Part shown: positions 53,832 to 63,113 of the stretch, piece by piece
Layout of the letters: every line of letters begins with the position of its first letter
Numbering within the stretch: position 1 is the first letter of the stretch
Origin: Acidobacteriaceae bacterium
Lineage (GTDB): Bacteria > Acidobacteriota > Terriglobia > Terriglobales > Acidobacteriaceae
NCBI GenBank assembly: GCA_036272255.1
Contig: DATAZC010000034.1
Span: 716-64,715 of the forward strand
Direction: 5' to 3'
DNA: 64,000 nt
Made by a program: the position numbers and the translations under genes
Notes under the pieces: generated by a model
Told to the model about the DNA's origin: nothing
The model's input: the letters and a program-made list of their open reading frames with translations, nothing else
Database searches by the model: none

Positions 53832-55205
53832 TTGCTGAGTCCCGTATCCACCCCGGCGCGCGTAAATCAACATTTTGTCTGGCGCGTTTGCCTCATCGCC
53901 GGCCTGGGAGGCATTCTCTACGGCTACGATATGGGCATTATCGCAGCGGCGCTTCCTTTCGTTCGGAGAACTTTCGCTCTTGGCACAAAGATGGAAGAAG
54001 TCGTCGTCAGTATCGTGCTGGTGGGCGCGACACTGGGAGCGATCGCAGGGGGCGCAGTGGCCGACCGCGTGGGCCGACGCCCTACGCTGCTGCTGGGCGG
54101 GCTGATCTTCATTGCTGGGTCATTGCTCGCGCCCCTTTCTCCCAACGTTGGAAGCTTGATTGCCGCACGCGCTCTCCTGGGCATTGCCATTGGATTCACC
54201 TCAGTGACCGCTCCGGTGTATGTCTCTGAGCTGGCTACACCGCAGTCGCGCGGGCGACTGATTGGCCTTTATCAGTTTGCGCTGACCGTGGGGATCGCCG
54301 TGGCGGACCTTGCAGGCTACTGGCTGGCGGGGCGTGCAGCATGGAGGCTGATGCTCGGGATCGGCGCTGCGCCGGCGGTGCTCTTTTTGATGCTGGCTCT
54401 GTGGCTGCCGGAGAGTCCGCGGTGGCTGGCGGCACAGGAACGCTGGTCGGATGCGAAGGCAGTGCTGAGTACGTTTACCGATGCGGTCGGAGCCAATGTG
54501 CTGCTCGATGATATTCGCGTAGGTCTCGCGGCGCCGGTCGAGAGGCGCTGGAGCGCACTGTGGAGCCCCTCTGTGCGGCGGGCCTTGATCATTGCTGTCG
54601 GCTTTACGGTTCTTCAGCAGGTCACCGGCATTAACACGATCATTTACTATGGCCCGAGAATTTTCGCGCTGGCCGGTGTGGCGTCGGACAGAAGCGCAAT
54701 TCTGGCCACCTTTATCGTTGCGGCGGTCAACGTTCTCGCGACAATCATTGCGCTGGTCCTCGTCGATCGCTCGGGACGGAAGCCTTTGCTCTATGTCGGA
54801 GTCTCGGGCATGACTCTTTCGCTGATTGTTCTTTCCGGCGCATTTCACCTTCAGGCAAACGGGACTCATCTGGGCGTGACCGCACTGGTGTGTCTGGTGG
54901 TCTATATCACCTGCTTTGCGGCCAGCATGGGGCCCATTGCCTGGATTCTGGTTTCCGAGGTGTTTCCGCTTCGACTGCGCGGCCGAGGCGTTGCTGCTGC
55001 GACCATCGGTTCAGGAACTTCGAATGTACTTGTCTCCTTGACCTTTCTTTCGCTGATCGAGACGGCCGGAATTTCCATGACGTTTCTAATTTATGCGGGC
55101 TTTTGTATCGTGACGTTGTTCTTTGTGCGATTTGTCGTACCGGAAACGATGGGCCGCGCGCTGGAAAGTATCAGTGCATCGGGTAGTAGCTCTCCCACGG
55201 CCTAA
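53832..55205 (+). CDS. MFS sugar porter (sugar:H+ symporter family)
   Basis: GGILYGYDMGIIAAA, GRRPTLLLGG, PVYVSELATPQSRGRL and PESPRWL are classic sugar-porter signatures. A TTG start is inferred. Confidence 0.9.
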   Translation: MLSPVSTPARVNQHFVWRVCLIAGLGGILYGYDMGIIAAALPFVRRTFALGTKMEEVVVSIVLVGATLGAIAGGAVADRVGRRPTLLLGGLIFIAGSLLAPLSPNVGSLIAARALLGIAIGFTSVTAPVYVSELATPQSRGRLIGLYQFALTVGIAVADLAGYWLAGRAAWRLMLGIGAAPAVLFLMLALWLPESPRWLAAQERWSDAKAVLSTFTDAVGANVLLDDIRVGLAAPVERRWSALWSPSVRRALIIAVGFTVLQQVTGINTIIYYGPRIFALAGVASDRSAILATFIVAAVNVLATIIALVLVDRSGRKPLLYVGVSGMTLSLIVLSGAFHLQANGTHLGVTALVCLVVYITCFAASMGPIAWILVSEVFPLRLRGRGVAAATIGSGTSNVLVSLTFLSLIETAGISMTFLIYAGFCIVTLFFVRFVVPETMGRALESISASGSSSPTA

Positions 55206-55233
55206 GATTGCTGTGATCAGTGACCCACCAAGG

Positions 55234-56292
55234 ATGCCGGACTCCAGAACCATGATGCCAACCGACGAAGTCGAATCCGGTGAAACGTCGCCGGAGCTCC
55301 CGGAACAAAATAGCAGAGACTGCGTTGCCGCTGTTGACATCGGAGGCACAAGCCTTCGCATCGCTCTTGCCGATATGACCGGAGACGTGGTGGCGGAGCA
55401 GTCAGCAAGTACGGTAGGCGTGCGCGACGCGGCTGCTGTCATCGAAATGATTCGCAACGGAGTTGTTGGTTTGATCGAGCAGAGCGGCCGATCGCATGAC
55501 AATCTCCTCGCCGTAGCCGCCGGCGCGCCGGGAATCACCGACGCGGACGCCGGCGTTGTTATCGCGACTTCATATTTGATGGGCTGGCGCCAGGTTCCCT
55601 TTCAGGACCTTCTGGAGAGTGCGCTCGAAGTCCCATCGGCAGTCGAGAACGATGTCAATCTCGGCGCAATCGGCGAGCAATGGCGCGGTGCCGCCCGGAA
55701 TGTCCGGGACTTTGTCTTTCTCGCGATCGGTACCGGCGTCGGCGCCGGAATCGTCCTGGACGGAAAGCTCTTTCGGGGAACGGGCTGGAGCGCGGGAGAA
55801 ATCGGGTACATGCTCGTCCCAGGTACTTCCACCGATCCTGTAGCTGACGGCGATGCAGGCAATCTCGAAAGCCTGATTGGAGGCGAAGGCATACGCGCCC
55901 AGTGGCAGAAATTGTGGGATGCGGGCGGACTTGCTCTGCCCCGGGATCTCCGCGCGACTGACGTATTTGATCAGGCCCGCGCAGGCTCTCCGCCCGCTCA
56001 AGCTGTTCTGCAGCGGTCGGCGCGACTGCTGGCGTTCGCGATTTATAACATGTGGCTCATGTTCAATTGCCCGTTGTTTGTCCTCGGAGGAAGCGTTGGA
56101 ATGCACCCGGCGCTGCTGGAGTCGGCACAATTGTCTCTGCGGGAGTTGTGCGGCGAGGCAGGGCCAGATTTGGCATTGAGCACGCTGGGGACTCAGGCGC
56201 AGCTGAATGGAGCGATCCGGCTCGCACTCGATCGAGCCAATGCCGTTCGAAAGAATGGCACTCAGTTCTCCTCGAAGAATCGTGGAGCGTAG
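55234..56292 (+). CDS. ROK-family sugar kinase (glucokinase/N-acetylglucosamine kinase-like)
   Basis: AAVDIGGTSLRIAL (ATP-binding DxGGT) and GTGVGAGIVLDGKLFRGTGWSAGEIGY. The start is at 55234 or 55252. Confidence 0.75.
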   Translation: MPDSRTMMPTDEVESGETSPELPEQNSRDCVAAVDIGGTSLRIALADMTGDVVAEQSASTVGVRDAAAVIEMIRNGVVGLIEQSGRSHDNLLAVAAGAPGITDADAGVVIATSYLMGWRQVPFQDLLESALEVPSAVENDVNLGAIGEQWRGAARNVRDFVFLAIGTGVGAGIVLDGKLFRGTGWSAGEIGYMLVPGTSTDPVADGDAGNLESLIGGEGIRAQWQKLWDAGGLALPRDLRATDVFDQARAGSPPAQAVLQRSARLLAFAIYNMWLMFNCPLFVLGGSVGMHPALLESAQLSLRELCGEAGPDLALSTLGTQAQLNGAIRLALDRANAVRKNGTQFSSKNRGA

Positions 56293-56354
56293 TGGCCGGT
56301 ACCGCCCGTGTCGACGCGAACGCGCCCGCCAGGCTGTATGCGGGTTTCCTGAGT

Positions 56355-57404
56355 TCAGGAGCGGCTGCGCGCAGCTGACTTCGTGGAGCGAAAAGCCAGC
56401 CTGCGTTTTCTCGCCGGGCCGGTCGAGGCACGAACGGCCAGTTCCGTTTCCAGCGTGTACTTCGCGCCGAGTCTGCGCTTGAGCTTCAGCATTTTGTCCA
56501 GCGCATTAAACGCCGTAACGCCAAGAAGCTCGCGGGGCACTCTGATGGTGGTCAAAGGAGGGCGCGCCAGGAACGCAAAAGAGATGTCGTCGATGCCCAC
56601 AACCGAGACATCTTCGGGGATCTTCACGCCTGCTTCTTCCAGAGCGCTCATCACGCCCATCGCGATCAGATCGCTTCCGCAAAAGATGACCGTGGGAATG
56701 TCGGTGACGGAGAGAATGTCGCGCACCGCGGATGCCCCCGCATCAACGCGATAGTCGCAATGCGTTACCGGAAAGGGAGCCATGTTTTTGTGCTTCAATC
56801 CCGCCAGCAGGGCCTGCCGGATATTCATGGCGGTGCCGTTGGTCTCCGGACCTGCAATGACAGCCGCCCGGCGATGGCCTAAAGCAGCGACGTGCTGAAT
56901 GGCCTCAAGAATTCCCCGCCGATAATTGATCGTGATATTGCTGACCAGCTTTCGGGGAGAGTAGAAGTTGCAGAAGACCACGCCCACCCCTGATTCGGTA
57001 AGAGTGGACGTTGTAGCGTCGTCGATAGAGGAAGTCATGACGGCGACGCCGCGCGCATCGCTCTCGACGAGCTTACGGATGACGGATTGTGTTCGGGCCG
57101 GATCGTATTCGGTGTTCAACAGCAGAACATCGAAGCCACGGTCCCACGCCGCAGCCTGGAAACCGCGAATCACCTCGGAGAAATATGGGTTCGCTATCTC
57201 TGAGATCACCAGACCGAACAGGTCACTTTGGCCGGTGGCCAGCCTCCGCGCGTGAATGTTCTTGTAGTAATTCAGCTCACCAACGGCCTCGAGTACGCGC
57301 TTACTCGTTGCCTCTGAAATGAAATGGGTCTTGTTGAGTACGCGCGATACCGTCGCAGCCGAGACGCCCGCCCGGTTCGCTACATCCTTCATGGTGTAAA
57401 CCAT
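56355..57404 (-). CDS. LacI-family transcriptional regulator
   Basis: HTH YTMKDVANRAGVSAATVSRVLNK and core FGLVISEIANPYFSEVIRGFQ. Confidence 0.9.
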   Translation of the reverse strand: MVYTMKDVANRAGVSAATVSRVLNKTHFISEATSKRVLEAVGELNYYKNIHARRLATGQSDLFGLVISEIANPYFSEVIRGFQAAAWDRGFDVLLLNTEYDPARTQSVIRKLVESDARGVAVMTSSIDDATTSTLTESGVGVVFCNFYSPRKLVSNITINYRRGILEAIQHVAALGHRRAAVIAGPETNGTAMNIRQALLAGLKHKNMAPFPVTHCDYRVDAGASAVRDILSVTDIPTVIFCGSDLIAMGVMSALEEAGVKIPEDVSVVGIDDISFAFLARPPLTTIRVPRELLGVTAFNALDKMLKLKRRLGAKYTLETELAVRASTGPARKRRLAFRSTKSAARSRS

Positions 57405-57754
57405 CGTGGGTCCCTTATCTCATTGCGAAGACGGCACCGCGCACATAGAACCAGTCGCGAAGAGAAAATTGCGCTGTAACGAAGACAATCATAGCCCAGG
57501 CCATTGCCCGGGACGGGGACAAGCAGAGCCACGAACCGCGCAACATCCAGCGGCACAAACGCGGGCATTGCGAGGCGATGATCGGCAATGTGGGCCTCCC
57601 GGACACGCGTGGTGTGCGAGACAAGCGATTGTTTACGTCTTGACAGCTAGCCAGCGACTGGCTGAAGGTTTGGAAGTGCTGTGACAGTGAGCGGATACCC
57701 GAGCCTCACAGTCTGCCGATCCGGTTGTTGACTGCTCGGTTTGAGGAAGGTGAC

Positions 57755-60735
57755 GTGCGAAAGCTTCTGAGGGTGAATGTTCTGGCTGGATTCCTGCTGT
57801 CTGCACTGGCTTTGCCACTGCGAGCCGCGTCTCAGTATCCGATTCGTCTCGACGATCCCGAGGCGGTCTATCTCACGAGTAACCAGTTTCAGGTTCACGC
57901 GGATGGCACCAGCGACGACAGCGCAGCGATCCAGTCCGCCATCGACGCCGTAGAAGCCGCCCATGGTGAAGAATCCTTTTTATTCCGGAGGGACGCTACC
58001 GGATCACCCGAACCATCTATGTTTGGCCCGGAGTGCGGATCATCGGTTATGGTGCGCGTCGTCCGGTGTTTATCCTGGCCGAGAATACTCCGGGCTATCA
58101 GCAGGACCTCGGTTACATGTTTTTCTTTGCCGGTGCGCGTCCCGGCAGCGTGCACGCGCGTTGGCGCGGGAAGAGCACGCCGCGCCCGCCGACCGAGGGT
58201 ACGGTGCCGCCGAATAACACGGTGCCCGACGCCAGCCCGGGAACCTTCTATTCCGCGATGAGCAATGTGGATTTCGAGGTGGCAGCGGGCAATCCCGCGG
58301 CCGTTGCCATCCGCTTTCACGCAGCGCAACACTGTTATCTCTCGCACATCGACTTTCACATGGGCTCCGGCCTTACAGCGCTCAAAGACATCGGCAACGA
58401 AGCAGAAGATCTTCACTTTTATGGCGGAGACTACGGCATTGTGACAGTAAAGCCTTCTCCGGGCTGGCAGTTCACCCTGCTCGATTCGACCTTTGAGGGA
58501 CAGAGAATTGCAGCCATCAGCGAGCATGAGGCCGGGCTCACACTGGTTCACGATACTTTCCGTAATGTTCCTGAAGCTGTTGCCATCGATCCCGGCTATG
58601 CCGAAGAATTGTGGATCGAGACGACGCGCTTCGAGAACATTTCCGGTCCAGCGATCACCATCAGTAACGAGAAGAATGCCCGAACAGAGATTAATGCGGA
58701 GCGTGTGTTGTGTCATGGCGTAAAAACCTTTGCGCTGCTGCGCGAAAGCGGGCACGTCGTCACGGGTCGTGGCGAGACTTACATTGTTCGCTCGTTTTCC
58801 CACGGCCTGACCATGAGCGGGCCGTCCGACTGGGGCGAGATTCGCACTAACTTCGATGCGGAGCCGATTGGCGATCTGCCCTCCGCCGATGCGCCAGCGA
58901 TCCGAGCGCTGCCTCCTGCGGACACATGGGTCAACCTGCGTTCCCTGGGCGTGAAAGGGGACGGAGTCACGGATGACACCGCGGCTATCCGGAAGGCGAT
59001 TGCGGAACATCCCGTGCTTTACATACCCATGGGGCGCTATGTGGTGACCGACACGTTACGGCTGCAACCGGATACCGTGCTGATCGGGCTGGATCCCAGC
59101 ATGACGCAGTTCGATCTGCTCGACAATACTCCGGGCTTTCAGGGGCCGGGCGGGCCACATCCTTTGTTGGAGGCTCCGAGCGGTGGCCACAACATCGTGA
59201 CCGGGATCGGTCTTTCGACCGGAGGCATCAACAGCACGGCCGTGGGCGCGATGTGGATGGCCGGCGCCGATTCGCTGATGGACGATGTGCGATTCCTCGG
59301 CGGTCACGGCACGAATGCGGCTGATGGCACGCGAATAAATCCCTATAACAATACGCACACCGCCGACCCGGACCTGAACCGTCGCTGGGATGGACAGTAT
59401 CCAGGTTTGTGGATCACCAACGGCGGCGGCGGAACCTTCGCCGACATCTGGACGCCGAGCACCTTTGCGCAGGCCGGCCTTTCTATCTCCAATACTGAAA
59501 CGCCCGGTCATGTGTACGAGCTGTCCAGCGAGCACCATGTTCGCAACGAGGTCGAGCTCGATAAAGTAAAAAACTGGGAGATCGTTGCCCTGCAAACCGA
59601 AGAAGAACGTGGCGAGGGAGCATTTACGCTTCCTCTCTCGATCGCGCGCTCTGCAAATATAACGATTGCCAACTATCACGGATATCGAGTGGTCAGCAGT
59701 TACCAGCCGTTTCCTCAGGCCATCGCTGTGTCGCAGTCGGAAGGAATTCGGTTTCGCAATGTTCATGTCGACAGCGACAGTAAGGCTGCCTTCGATAACT
59801 CGGTTCTGGATGCAACGCATCATGCCCAGGTGCGTGCGCACGAATTCGCATGGCTCGATGTTCCTGGCCAACCCGCTCCTGCTTTCAAACCTGCCGCTGC
59901 GAGCGTCATCGAACCCGCTGCCGGAGTGAAGCGGCTGGCAAGCGGCTTTTTCAATATTTCCGGTGCCGCGGTCGATTCATCGGGCCGCCTCTATTTTGTG
60001 GATGCGCACTGGCAGCGCGTCTACCGCTGGGTTCCGGAAAGCAATGAGGCAATCGTCGTTCGCGATGCTCCCCTCGACCCGGTCAACCTGGGGTTCGATC
60101 GTGCCGGGGACCTGCTGGTTGTTTCCTATCAGGGAAATGGCACGGTCTACAGTCTTAAGCCGGATGCGCCGGAGGCAGGCATAACGCTGCTCAAGCCGGA
60201 GCCGGCGACAGAAGCGCCGGGAATGACAGCTCTGCTGCCCGTTGCTGTCTGGGCGAAACGGGACCTCGCCCTGCAAACGCCCTGGCATTATGTCTCCCCG
60301 GACCGTACTGTCTTCATTCCCGCCGGCGACGATTTCGTGAAGGGTCAGCTTTATTACGGCACGAAGATGGCGAACATCCTGCGGGCGTTCAGCCTCGCGG
60401 AAGTATCGCCGGGTCAGCCTTTTTACATCAGCGACGAATCGGATGAGAAGACGTTTCGCGTCACAGTGACAGCGGCGGGAAACATCGATAAGGTAGAACC
60501 CTTTGCTGAACAGGGTGGGGAGAGCGTGGCGCAGGACAAAGATGGCAACGTTTATCTGGCGGCCGGGCAGGTTCTGGTCTATAGCGCAGCCGGAACTTTG
60601 AAGGAGAAGATCGATGTGCCGGAGCGTCCGATCGATTTGATTTTCGGCGGGCCAGATCGCCGCACGCTCTACATCCTGACCCACAATTCTCTTTATGAAG
60701 TCAGGACGAAGGTCCCGGGCCTCCGTGGGTACTGA
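57755..60735 (+). pseudogene. Frameshift-split secreted protein: two pectate-lyase-superfamily (Pectate_lyase_3-type beta-helix) modules plus a C-terminal SMP-30/gluconolactonase-like propeller
   Basis: Frame 2 (GTG 57755 after GAGGAAGG) encodes a signal peptide plus ADGTSDDSAAIQSAIDAVEAAHG. The expected continuation, ILFIPEGRYRITRTIYVWPGVRIIGYG, is in frame 1 from 57970 onward, the frame of the 58033-60735 ORF. A second module reads LGVKGDGVTDDTAAIRKAI. The C-terminus reads GRLYFVDAHWQRVYRW...DKDGNVYLAAG. Confidence 0.7.
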
Positions 60736-60810
60736 ACGCACCGATCGGTTTTTGGCGCAGCGTATGCTGGGGTCAAACTTGACTTGCGATGTCGGGGATT
60801 CTGATCTGCT

Positions 60811-61899
60811 ATGAGCCGTAAAAAAAACGCCGCCGAAACCGGTTCCGAACCTGTCACCCTGAAAGTGCTGGCGGCTCATCTCAAGCTCGATCCAGCGACG
60901 ATTTCTGTTGTCCTCAACGATGTTCCGGGGCGTTCGATCCCCGAAGCCACGCGGGAACGCATTCGAGCGGCTGCACGCGAATTCGACTATCAACCCAGCT
61001 TTGTGGCGCGGTCATTGCGCAACCGGCGCACCATGACGATCGGTATCCTGGTTCCGGTCCTGGCCGATGGGTACCACGCCGAGGTGATGAGCGGAGTCGG
61101 GGATCATCTGCTTGATGAGAATTACTTTTACTTCATCGCGCACCATCGGCATCGCGCCGATCTCATTGAGCGCTACCCACAAATGCTGGTCAGCAGGGGC
61201 ACAGAAGGTCTGATCGCGATAGATACTCACATCGATCACAAGCTCAGCGTGCCCACGGTCGCCGTAGCCGGTCACCGCAAAATTTCCGGGATCACCAACG
61301 TGGTTCTGGACCACAACCGCGCCGCGGAACTAACGCTGCGTCATCTGCGCGATCTGGGCCATCGCGACATTGCCTTCATGCACGGGCAGGCGTTCAGTTC
61401 CGATTCCGATGCGCGTTGGGCCAGCCTGACCAAAGTGGCGCGCGAACTCGATCTTGTGGTGCGGCCTGAGCTGACGATTCAACTGACGAAAGACCTGACC
61501 TCACCGGAGCTTGGCTATCCGGTAGTGCAGCAACTGCTGGCTTTTCATCGGCGCTTCACGGCTCTGGTGTGTTTTAACGATATGGCTGCGATCGGCGCAA
61601 TCCGCGCATTGCACGATGCGCAGCTGCGCGTTCCCCAGGATATCTCAGTCGTCGGATTTGACGACATTCCTCAGGCGGGTTTCCAGATGCCGAGCCTGAC
61701 TACCATCCGGCAGCCGTTGCATGAGATGGGCAGGCTCGCGGCAAATCTGCTGCTGGAGCACCTGCGATCGGGTAAAACCATGCCCGCAGAGGTCTCAGTC
61801 GAGCCAAAGATCATCGTCCGCGAGTCAACGGCACCTTCACGGCGAACGGTGGCTGCCAGGAAACCCGTGAAAATCAAAAAACAGAATGTCGAGTCCTAG
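60811..61899 (+). CDS. LacI-family transcriptional regulator
   Basis: HTH VTLKVLAAHLKLDPATISVVLND and core IGILVPVLADGYHAEVMSGV. Its 3' end overlaps the next gene by 14 nt. Confidence 0.9.
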   Translation: MSRKKNAAETGSEPVTLKVLAAHLKLDPATISVVLNDVPGRSIPEATRERIRAAAREFDYQPSFVARSLRNRRTMTIGILVPVLADGYHAEVMSGVGDHLLDENYFYFIAHHRHRADLIERYPQMLVSRGTEGLIAIDTHIDHKLSVPTVAVAGHRKISGITNVVLDHNRAAELTLRHLRDLGHRDIAFMHGQAFSSDSDARWASLTKVARELDLVVRPELTIQLTKDLTSPELGYPVVQQLLAFHRRFTALVCFNDMAAIGAIRALHDAQLRVPQDISVVGFDDIPQAGFQMPSLTTIRQPLHEMGRLAANLLLEHLRSGKTMPAEVSVEPKIIVRESTAPSRRTVAARKPVKIKKQNVES

Positions 61900-63073
61900 C
61901 CTCAGACGATTGGGGAATCGGGCAGGGAAGCGCAGTTTGCTGCCGCTTTATGTCGGGTTCTTCTATACCGGCGCGACGACCGTGATGCTCGGCGCAATGC
62001 TGCCCAGGATCGCGGGCCTGCACCACCTCAAAGACAGCCAGTCTGGCGCATTGCTGCTGAGTCAATTTGCCGCCAGTGCCTGCGGCGCCCTGCTGGTGCG
62101 CCGTCAGTTTGGCAACACCCTCAGGCGTGGCTACTTGTTGATGGCCGGTGGCGCGCTCGCCCTCATGCTGATTCCCCCGGCGTGGGCCGCGGTCGCGCTC
62201 GTGTTGTTTGGATTGGGTTTGGGAATGGCCATGACATCGACCAGTATGCTCGTGACCCAACTGTTTCCCGATGCTCGCGGATAAGCCTTGTCCATCCTCA
62301 ACCTCTGTTGGAGTGTGGGAGCAACGGCCTGCCCGACGATCGTCGCTCGCCTGCCGGGCACGTATTCCCTGGGCGCTGTCTGCGCGCCCATTGCAGTTCT
62401 GAGCGCAGCGCTGGCCGCACTGTTTCCCCAAAACCTGTGGCGTGCCCCTGCTGCAGAAAATCTGCCCGCCAATGCTCGGCGGAAATCTGCCGTTTCTCTG
62501 ATCGTGGTCTTTGCCGCCATGACGTTTCTCTACGTCGGAACCGAAGCCACGATCGGCGGATGGATGAGCATGTACGCGGCCCGTGTCGCGGGTTGGAGTT
62601 TCGCTCGCAGCAATCTGGCTGCCGCGTGTTTCTGGGCTGCTTTGCTCCTGGGCAGAGGTCTTGCGCCTGCAATCCTCTTGTTCGTGTCGGAAACCCGTTT
62701 GCAACTGATATCCGTCGCTGGTGCATCCCTCGGGATTCTCGTTTTAGCGAGAGCCGAAAATCCAGTTGTGCTGCTGATTGGCGCCTGTTGTACGGGCCTG
62801 ATGCTGGCGCCCATCTTTCCCCTGACCATATCCCTATTCATCTCGAGGTCCTCCGACACCAGGAATGCTGGATGGGTATTCGCCGTCGGAGGGTTCGGTG
62901 GCGCGGTGCTTCCATGGCTGACCGGTGTGTTGTCCACTGCGGTCCACTCGCTGCGCACGGGGATCCTCGTTTCTCTGGCGGCGGATCTTGGGATGTTGCC
63001 CCTGTTGTTGCTGGTGATTTCCGCGCCGCGCGCGAACGTGCGAGATGCGGAGAGCTTAGCGCACCGCATCTAG
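61886..63073 (+). pseudogene. MFS permease (FucP/FHS-like) interrupted by an in-frame TAA
   Basis: ORFs 61886-62284 and 62288-63073 are in the same frame and separated only by TAA (62282-62284). The joined sequence, ...FPDARG*ALSILNLCWSVGA..., reads as one ~395-aa 12-TM transporter (FLYVGTEATIGGWMSMY). Confidence 0.65.
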
Positions 63074-63113
63074 AGCCGCAGGTTCGCGGTCAGCGACCAT
63101 CACGTCAGCCGAT

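Noticed and set aside
57895-60993. 371-aa and 338-aa minus-strand ORFs (57895-59010 and 59977-60993)
   Set aside because: They are antisense to the beta-helix/propeller gene and the LacI start region. No motifs are present and the composition is typical of antisense frames.
62282-62284. Stop-codon recoding (selenocysteine/pyrrolysine) at the MFS interruption
   Set aside because: The codon is TAA, not TGA or TAG, and I saw no SECIS-like hairpin. A nonsense mutation or base-call error is more parsimonious.
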